Shown here in pieces: positions 56,189 to 64,000 of a stretch of 64,000 nt of DNA. Location: contig OX597815.1 of NCBI GenBank assembly GCA_951406725.2, positions 210,986,001-211,050,000 of the forward strand, read 5' to 3'. The position numbers and the translations under genes are program-made. Under the pieces are notes generated by a model that saw nothing but the letters and a program-made list of their open reading frames with translations, ran no database searches and was not told the origin of the DNA. Origin of the DNA: Octopus vulgaris (taxonomy: Eukaryota). Each line of letters opens with the position of its first letter. Within the stretch, counting starts at the first letter, position 1.

Positions 56189-57467
56189 TCAGTTTGAGTA
56201 AAAAGTAAGCAACGTTTTGAATCATGAATAATTTTTACTGGATGTTTGCAGAGTTTTGAATTTTTTTAAACATTTGTTTTTGCAATTATTTGATAATACA
56301 GACATAGACTTTCCCAAATGCATCAATAAATTGACAGTGATATTTTTTTCACTGTTGTTACAGTCACCAGAAATGGAACTGTCAAAGTGTGATATTTGAG
56401 CAATTTTGTTATTCAACATCAAAAGAGGACGTAAAGCAGCTGAAGCTGCTCGTGATATCAACAAAGCATTTGGTAAGGAAACGACCAGTGAGTGGTCAGC
56501 TCGGAGATGGTTTAAATAATTTCACAGGGGTGATCTGAGCCTTGAAGATCGTGAGTGTAGTGAACGCCCATCTGTCATCGATGACTGTCAATTAAAGACC
56601 GTCATTAAGAAAGAGCCATGTAAAACCATTCGAGAACAGACAAAAGAACTTCAAGTTAGCCAGAAAACTGCCTGCAACCACTTGCATGGGTTCAGAAAAT
56701 CGAAAAAACTCAACAAATGGGTACCACATGATTTGAAGGAAAATCAGAAAATGCGCAGTAATGAAATTTGCTTGTTGCTTCTCCATAAACAGACCAATTC
56801 GTTTCTTGACCGTATTGTAACTTGTGATGAAAAGTGGATTCTGTACAATAATAAAAAACATTCTTCACAGTGGTTGGGCCAAAATGAAGAACCGGAAACC
56901 TTCCCTAAACCTGATCTCTTCAAAAAGAACACTATGGTGACTGTTTGGTGGTGAGCTGCTGGACTCATCCACTATAACTTCTTAAAACACAACAAAAATA
57001 TTACTGCTGAAAGATATTGCCTTGAAATTGTCAAATTAAATGAAAAACTGCTACTCCTCCATCCCAGACTGGTCAATAGAAGAGGGCCAATCATTCTTCA
57101 TGACAATGCTCGACCACAAATTTCACAAATGATGCTCCAGAAGTTGAGAGAACTTGGTTACGAAGTTCTTCCCCACTTATTCCTCAGATGTTTCTCCTAC
57201 TGATTACCACTTTTTCAAGCACCTTGATGGTTTCCTGCAAGAGAAGGAGTTCAAAAATCAAACTGATACTAAAAGTACGTTCAAAGAGTTCATCAGCTCC
57301 AGAACTCCAAATTTTTATGTTACCAGAATAAATAAACTTGTAACTCATTGGCAAAAATGTTTTGATTGTAATGATACTTATTTTGATGAATAAAATTACC
57401 ACATTGTTGAAATATTTTGTGATGGATTTCATGTTTCAAAACATTTCTTACATTTTACCCAGCCTGA
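56189..57467 (+). mobile_element. Full-length decayed mariner (DD34D) transposon
   Basis: TA-flanked TIRs TCAGTTTGAGTAAAAAGTAAGCAACGTTTTGAA / TTCAAAACATTTCTTACATTTTACCCAGCCTGA; ~1.28 kb. Confidence 0.93.
56373..57393 (+). pseudogene. Mariner transposase pseudogene
   Basis: WVPHDL, IVTCDEKW, HDNARP and YSSDVSPTDYHFF motifs; in-frame stops and a frameshift near 57175. Confidence 0.93.
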
Positions 57468-58014
57468 TACGTAAGAATGTCAACTGTAATTCAGTGATCA
57501 CTTATCCAAGCTTTATGCAGATCCACTCTGTACTAATGAATTCAGATATTTTTACTGCATTGTATTTACAAACTTTTGTGATTCGTGAAAACATTAATCA
57601 CTTGACATCATCATATTCAGAATCTTATTCCAGCTCCAAGCAATTCTTAATCATTTATCTTTTCAATATTCTAGAAATCATTTCTAAAAGTTAATTTATC
57701 ATCTGTGATAGGTACAAGCATTGCTTTGAGCTTAATAAGCTATATAGATGCAGACATGGCATGAGTGAGTTTAAGAAGCTCACTTTGCAACCAAGTGTGT
57801 TTATGTTCAATCCCACTGAAAGGCACCTTCAGCAAGTGTCTTCTGTTACTCCCACAATCTGACCAATGCTTTATGACTGAATTTGGGAGATGGAAACTCT
57901 CCATGAGATGAGGACCTGCTGTGACCCCAGAGTCAAGAGATGACCCCGGTTCAGGAGAAGACAACGGACCATATTTTATTTTAAAAATCCTAATAATAAT
58001 TAATAATAATGATA

Positions 58015-58091
<77 letters not shown>

Positions 58092-58095
58092 CAGA

Positions 58096-58840
58096 ATGGT
58101 TCTGTGTTCAGCCCCACTGCGTGGAACCTTGGGCAAGTGTCTTCTGCTATAGCCTCAGGCCGACCAATGCCTTGTGAGTGGATTTGGTAGAGGCGCAGGA
58201 GTGGCTGTGTGGTAAGTAGCTTGCTAACCAACCACATGGTTCTGGGTTCAATCCCACTGCATGGCATCTTGGGCAAGTGTCTTCTGCTATAGCCCCGGGC
58301 CGACCAATGCCTTGTGAGTGGATTTGGTAGACGGAAACTGAAAGAAGCCTGTCGTATATATGTATATATATATATATGTGTGTGTGTGTTTGTGTGTCTG
58401 TGTTTGTCCCCCTAGCATTGCTTGACAACCGATGCTGGTGTGTTTACGTCCCCGTCACTTAGCGGTTCGGCAAAAGAGACCGATAGAATAAGTACTAGGC
58501 TTACAAAGAATAAGTCCCGGGGTCGATTTGCTTGACTAAAGGCGGTGCTCCAGCGTGGCCGCAGTCAAATGACTGAAACAAGTAAAAGAGTAAAAGAGTA
58601 AAGTGAGTATATATGTGTGTGTGTATATGTTTGTGTGTTTGTTGTATGTTTGCCCCCCCCCCCCCCCAACATCGCTTGACAACCGATGCTGGTGTGTGTT
58701 TACGTCCTCGTAATCTAGCGGTTCGGCAAAAGAGACCGATAGAATAAGTACTGGACTTACAAAAGGAATAAGTCCCGGGGTTGATTTGCATGGCCGCAAT
58801 CAAATGACTGAAACAAGTAAAAGAGTAAAGAGTAAAGAGA
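58096..58840 (+). mobile_element. SINE family A nest: partial head, full copy at 58192-58602, then a further 3' half
   Basis: Repeated family A motifs consistent with a copy inserted into an older copy. Confidence 0.85.
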
Positions 58841-59699
58841 ATCTTTGTACTCAGATTCTGAGTTCCTTCACTGTTAATCATAAATAACATCGATAGTAAA
58901 GCATCCAAATTGCTGTTACTTGAGGTCTCTAAGGGAGACTAGGAACAGTTTGTAATAAATATATCAACAATAATGTGTATGTGTATGTGTGTTTGTGTTC
59001 TTACCTCACCACCACACACACACACACACACACACACACTTTGGTTTATTTACATTCCTGTAACTTAATGGTTTGGCAGGAGTGAAATAAAGACTAAATA
59101 CGAGACTTTCAAAAAAAATAGGGTGACATTATGTAATGTTTCAACTCACTTTTAGAATGAAGGGATATAATCTAAAGGACATTGACTGCTATTTCATATA
59201 TGCTGAGCAATGATGCAGAAAGTGTCTCACTGAGTCATAGTATTTTGATGGTGATGCCGTATTAAGCCCTCTTTTGATCCAAACTGCTCCATTGGCATCC
59301 GTATGGCCATTTCCAATACCTATATACATTGCTTAATCTTCTGTAAATTCATAAATACATCATTTTATTCATTATGAATAACTCAGTGAGATAATGCCAG
59401 AAGTATATTTCATTATGAATTTATATATTATCAGGTTTATCAGTGATATCACATCAAATAAGCTATAATAACACCTCCTGTTCTTATCTCTTTGAGAAAG
59501 ACATAAATATTAAATCCAGTTTTCTCTTCCCTAAAAATCTCAATTTTCCAAACCCAAAGATGAGTGATAGTGATCACAGGCTTTGTGAATCCTTCCAGAA
59601 TGGTCCTGTCTATGTATTTGATGTTCAGCTTGGATGTTGTGTTTTGGGAAGGAGGTGAGAATGAATGGAAAAGGGAGATCATGGGCATGAGGAGGAGGA

Positions 59700-59752
<53 letters not shown>

Positions 59753-59754
<2 letters not shown>

Positions 59755-60308
59755 GCCCTGATACAGTACCAGGCAATGGCTCTCATGGTTTCTGATCTTA
59801 ACTGATTGGAAGTGTTATCATGTACATTGTTTTGTCTTGGTATAAAAGATGGACTACAGCAAATATTCTGCTCAATACCACAGATTTGCTTGTCAGTTGC
59901 TTGACCTTAACCATTTGGGCATGTCCCTTAGTGGCTGACAATATGTGCATCTCTGATCATGAGCAAAAGTAGTGGGGGAGCATCACAGCCATGTGTTGAG
60001 AGAGATTCTTTGGGGTTTGAATAATTCACCTCTGGAAACATGTTTGTTTCATTGAACATTCTTAAACAACCCTTATTCAGGGACCTTTTGAGTGGGATGG
60101 GTTATTCAGCCAGAAGAAAATTCTAACCGGGCCCCACCTGCAAGGTCATGTGCTGTTTATCTTGATATGAGATCACCATGTCGCACACATATGGTTGTGA
60201 TGCATGTGCCTGGTGTACCTTTATCAGACGGATAGTCATGATGGGTATATTGGGCTTCGTATATTTTACCCCAGAGTCACTTTGATGGCATGCACTGCTC
60301 TCTCACTC
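59753..60308. mobile_element. Interspersed element embedded in (AAT)n on both sides, possibly an R4/Dong derivative
   Basis: A ~555-bp complex sequence bounded by (AAT)n tracts at 59700-59752 and 60309-60338. Confidence 0.5.
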
Positions 60309-60339
<31 letters not shown>

Positions 60340-61102
60340 GATTTAAATTTTGGCACAAGGCCAGCAATTTGGGGGTAGTGGGTAAATTGATTACATCGAA
60401 CTCCAGTGCTCAACTGGCACTTATTTTATCAACTTTGAAAGGATGAAAGGCAAAGTTGAACAAAGACAGGAAATTTTATATCTCTTCTCATATATGGAGA
60501 AGTTTTAAATGAACAGAAATCTTGGTATAAATCATTTGTTAGATTTTCTTTGGATTCCATTATTATTGTTGAAAACATCCATTAAATCCATGCAGACTCA
60601 TGCCCTAAGTTCAACAGCAGATAATCAAATGGAGAAATTAATAAGAGAGAAGAAATTCATGTAATTGAAGATTTCATTCACCACTAACTGTTTCAAGTCA
60701 AATCAAGCGAATATGAAAGACTTTAATTAAAAACGTTTAAAAATTATGATTGCATGAATAACCAAAATATGAAAATCTAATGTTTGTTTTAAAACTTGGA
60801 ACTCCGAATCCAAAATTTGCAAAGATTAACTATTCCCTTTCATTCTTCCTACATCAACAAAAATATTACCAGTCAAATGTATTTGTTAGAATTAGTAGAG
60901 TGTTTAAGAAAAGTGTTCCTGGTTTTTATGTTTGCCTGCAATGACACTGGTGCCAGTGAATATTAGCCCTAACTTTTCCTTTGGACAACATTAGTGACAT
61001 GGAGAGGAGTGGGTTGCTACAAGGATAACTGCTAGTCTTCTGTAAAATAAAGTTTGCCTAAGCCTGTGTCCTACAGAGAAACTTTCCATATGCAGATACA
61101 TA

Positions 61103-61525
61103 GGTGCAGGAGTGACTGTGTAGTAAGTAGCTTGCTTACTAGCCACATGGTTCTGGGTTCAGTCCCACTGCGTGGCACCTTGGGCAAGTGTCTTCTACTA
61201 TAGCCTCGGGCCGACCAAAGCCTTGTGAGTGGATTTGGTAGACGGAAACTGAAAGAAGCCCATCGTATATATGTATATATATATATATGTACATGTGTGT
61301 GTATATGTTTGTGTGTCTGTGTTTGTCCCCACAACATCACTTGACAACCGATGCTGGTGTGTTTACGTCCCTGTAACTTTGCGGTTCAGTAAAAAGAAAC
61401 CGATAGAATAAGTACTAGGCTTACAAACAATAAGTCCTGGGGTCAATTTGCTTGACTAAAGGTGGTGCTCCAGCATGGCCACAGTCAAATGACTGAAACA
61501 AGTAAAAGAGTAAAAGAGTAAAAGT
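61103..61525 (+). mobile_element. SINE family A
   Basis: Matches family A. Confidence 0.9.
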
Positions 61526-62612
61526 GACCCTTATATTTTGAAGTTCATAATGATGAATATCACTGATAGATTCTCATTACAGAGGATAGTTTTTCAATGC
61601 CATCATGGTCCCTGAACGAGCCAATAACTGATGCTTAAGTTTATTATATTCATTAGTTGCAAAAGAAAGATTAGGACTGATAATTGTCTCAGATATATGT
61701 TTTGAGCAAAACTAAAAGTGGAGGAAAATATTGATGGAATTATTAGAGTTCGTGTAAATCAAGCTCTCAACAATAGAGGCTGTTGTAAAATAGAAAGAAA
61801 AAGACAACCCAAGAAAGAACTAATGGCTGTTGGTGGGTACAGATTGCCTGAAAATAAGCTGATTTAAAGTGGACTTGAATGTTTGAGCATTAGTGTGTCG
61901 ATGAAGGTATGTATATGTGGTGGTTACATCTCCACATATATGTGATTAGTAATTTGACATTGGTTGTATTTTGTGATTTGTATAAAATCAGCAGTTATTC
62001 AGAGCTGATGTATGTTTTAGACCTAACAATAAAGTCAAAAATTAAAAAGAAAAGAATATGAAAAAACATTAAGTGACTGCCTGCAGTGAATAGAAAATTG
62101 AATATCAATTTCCCTGGTTGCTCTTCATTTTAAAAACATAAATCTATTGATTCTTTTTTAATTACTTTTCTCAAGGTGGGATCAATTAATTTAAGTTGGA
62201 GTAATTATTACACTTCTAATAAATTAGAAAGTTTGAATTCATTGCTTGTTTCATGGAGCCATTTCCCTATGTACTTCTTTATTGAAATTGTATAGTTAAT
62301 TTAATTTTTATCTAATAATTACATGATGAATGATACCTCATTACTTAATTTATGTTATATTATTTCTATGTTTATTTATTGCAGACAATTTGGAAATAAA
62401 ACTCATTGGTAATGTTGATTGTCAAGTCATATGCAGCCAGCACCAGGGACTGACTTCTTCATTTGCATAAACTAGCTTTAAGTTGCAATTAAAAATAATT
62501 GAATAAACATGTTAGATTCTTTATCAATTGTATACAGTCCAAAAGTTGTACATGCTGACCAAATAGAAGGAAAGCAGTATATATTAACTGTGAGAGTGTT
62601 GGACAAAGAGAG

Positions 62613-62912
62613 AAGACCCCACTTCAGTCATCAGGCTCAAGTCTGGGCAAGGTTGTTTATGGAAGACCAGCAGTCACCCATGCTCACCAGCCTCCCCTGT
62701 TCATGCAACCGATGTTATCCAAGGGAAAGACAAATGCTGATACAGCTTGGCACCTGTGCTATCACAACTCATTTCTACAGCTGAGTGAACTGGAGCAACA
62801 TGAAATAAAGTATCTTGCTCAAGAACACAGCACACAGCCCGGTCCAGGAATTAAACTTACTACCTCATTATTGTGAGCCCGACACTCTAACCACTGGGTC
62901 ATGTGCCTTCAC
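62613..62912 (-). mobile_element. SINE family C, decayed
   Basis: Homologous to 1366-1692, with a deletion and CpG decay. Confidence 0.8.
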
Positions 62913-63059
62913 ATAGATAAAACACCTTTCAGCAATTCATTACAGCCTTTACTACCCAAATGATATATACAGTACCGTGCAAAAGCCTTTGGTCACTTCA
63001 AACTACAGTGTAACAACAGAAACAAGTAAAAGAGGGTAAAAAAAAGAAACAATTGAATC

Positions 63060-63500
63060 AGATGTTGCATGTTTTCAAAATGCTCAAAATGAAAAGTTAA
63101 AACTTCCTTTAGGGGTTCAAAATATGTTGTATAAAAATAGGCTCTTGATGAAATACTTTCATCTTTCTCTTGATTGCTTTGTAACACATTCAAGAAAAAC
63201 AGACTATTTGTGTAATTTACAAAGATTCATAGAAGCTAATCTTGAGTTCAAATTCTGAAATAAAAGTATGAGCTTCAGTCATATCATTCATCTGTAATTG
63301 TTTCTGCACTTTATTAAATTCAGAATATAATTCAGCTAAATGAAGCAGGTGATTTTTATACAGCTCCAATTCATTAGTTAATGATTGATCCATATCATTA
63401 ATGAATTCCACAGTTGAATCAAAAAGTTGAATTAACCTTTATAAGCATCTTACTCTGATATGTGAAAGAAATTGTTTACAGCATTCTGCATTGTTATCAA
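63060..63500 (-). pseudogene. hAT (Buster/Charlie, ZBED8/SCAND3-like) transposase remnant
   Basis: CL*RLIQLFDSTVEFINDMDQSLTNEL..HLAELYSEFNKVQKQLQMND..FISEFELKI matches the region after the hAT RW motif (LAYL.D.F..LN..N..LQG). Confidence 0.65.
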
Positions 63501-63576
63501 ATAATAATGCAGAAATTTGTGAAATAAGTGAAGGTTCAATTTTTTTTACCTTTTCAATGCTTAATATATATAATCA

Positions 63577-63966
63577 GTGGAGGTGCAATGGCCCAGTGGT
63601 TAGGGCAGCGGACTCGCGGTCATAGGATCGCGGTTTCGATTCCCAGACCGGGCGTTGTGAGTGTTTATTGAGCGAAAACACCTAAAAGCTCCACGAGGCT
63701 CTGGCAGGGGATGGTGGTGATCCCTGCTGTACTCTTTCACCACAACTTTCTCTCACTCTTACTTCCTGTTTCTGTTGTACCTGTATTTCAAAGGGCCAGC
63801 CTTGTCACTCTCTGTGTCACGCTGAATATCCCTGAGAACTACGTTAAGGGTACACGTGTCTGTGGAGTGCTCAGCCACTTACACGTTAATTTCACGAGCA
63901 GGCTGTTCCGTTGATTCGGATCAACTGGAACCCTCGTCGCCGTAACCGACGGAGTGCTTCCACAAA
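63577..63966 (+). mobile_element. Young SINE family E with TSD
   Basis: TSD ATATATAATCA at 63566-63576 and 63967-63977; A and B boxes and CpGs largely intact. Confidence 0.9.
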
Positions 63967-64000
63967 ATATATAATCAAAGGATTGTGTTGTTTTATGCTG

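Noticed and set aside
56682-57393. SETMAR-like domesticated gene
   Set aside because: Stops, a frameshift, intact TIRs and the lack of a SET domain indicate a dead transposon.
63577-63655. tRNA genes (also ~1620-1690, 41565-41635, 45095-45170)
   Set aside because: A/B boxes are present, but they continue into repeated SINE bodies, in most cases with TSDs; they are SINE heads.

Overview
AT-rich, repeat-dominated animal genomic DNA. The SINE families and dense (TA)n/(CA)n/(TATG)n microsatellites resemble a coleoid cephalopod (octopus-like); that assignment is inferred from repeat style only. No intact host protein-coding gene can be supported, and almost all listed ORFs are translations of simple repeats. 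Main contents: (i) a ~16.3-kb homogeneous 39-bp tandem satellite (8446-24739, with a 100-N gap); (ii) dozens of tRNA-derived SINEs from several families, many nested; (iii) decayed Tc1, mariner, hAT, CR1, RTE, R4/Dong-like and HERO-like elements and several MITEs; (iv) Penelope-like element (PLE) remnants carrying five type-I hammerhead ribozyme motifs. The most unusual signal is a hammerhead-like motif in the 3' UTR of a HERO-like REL retrotransposon (47855-47906, minus), whose three strands occur in an order that is not a canonical circular permutation. CpG retention appears to drop after ~31.5 kb, which may mark a methylated gene body with small unidentified exons. Coordinates were counted by hand and may be off by a few bases.
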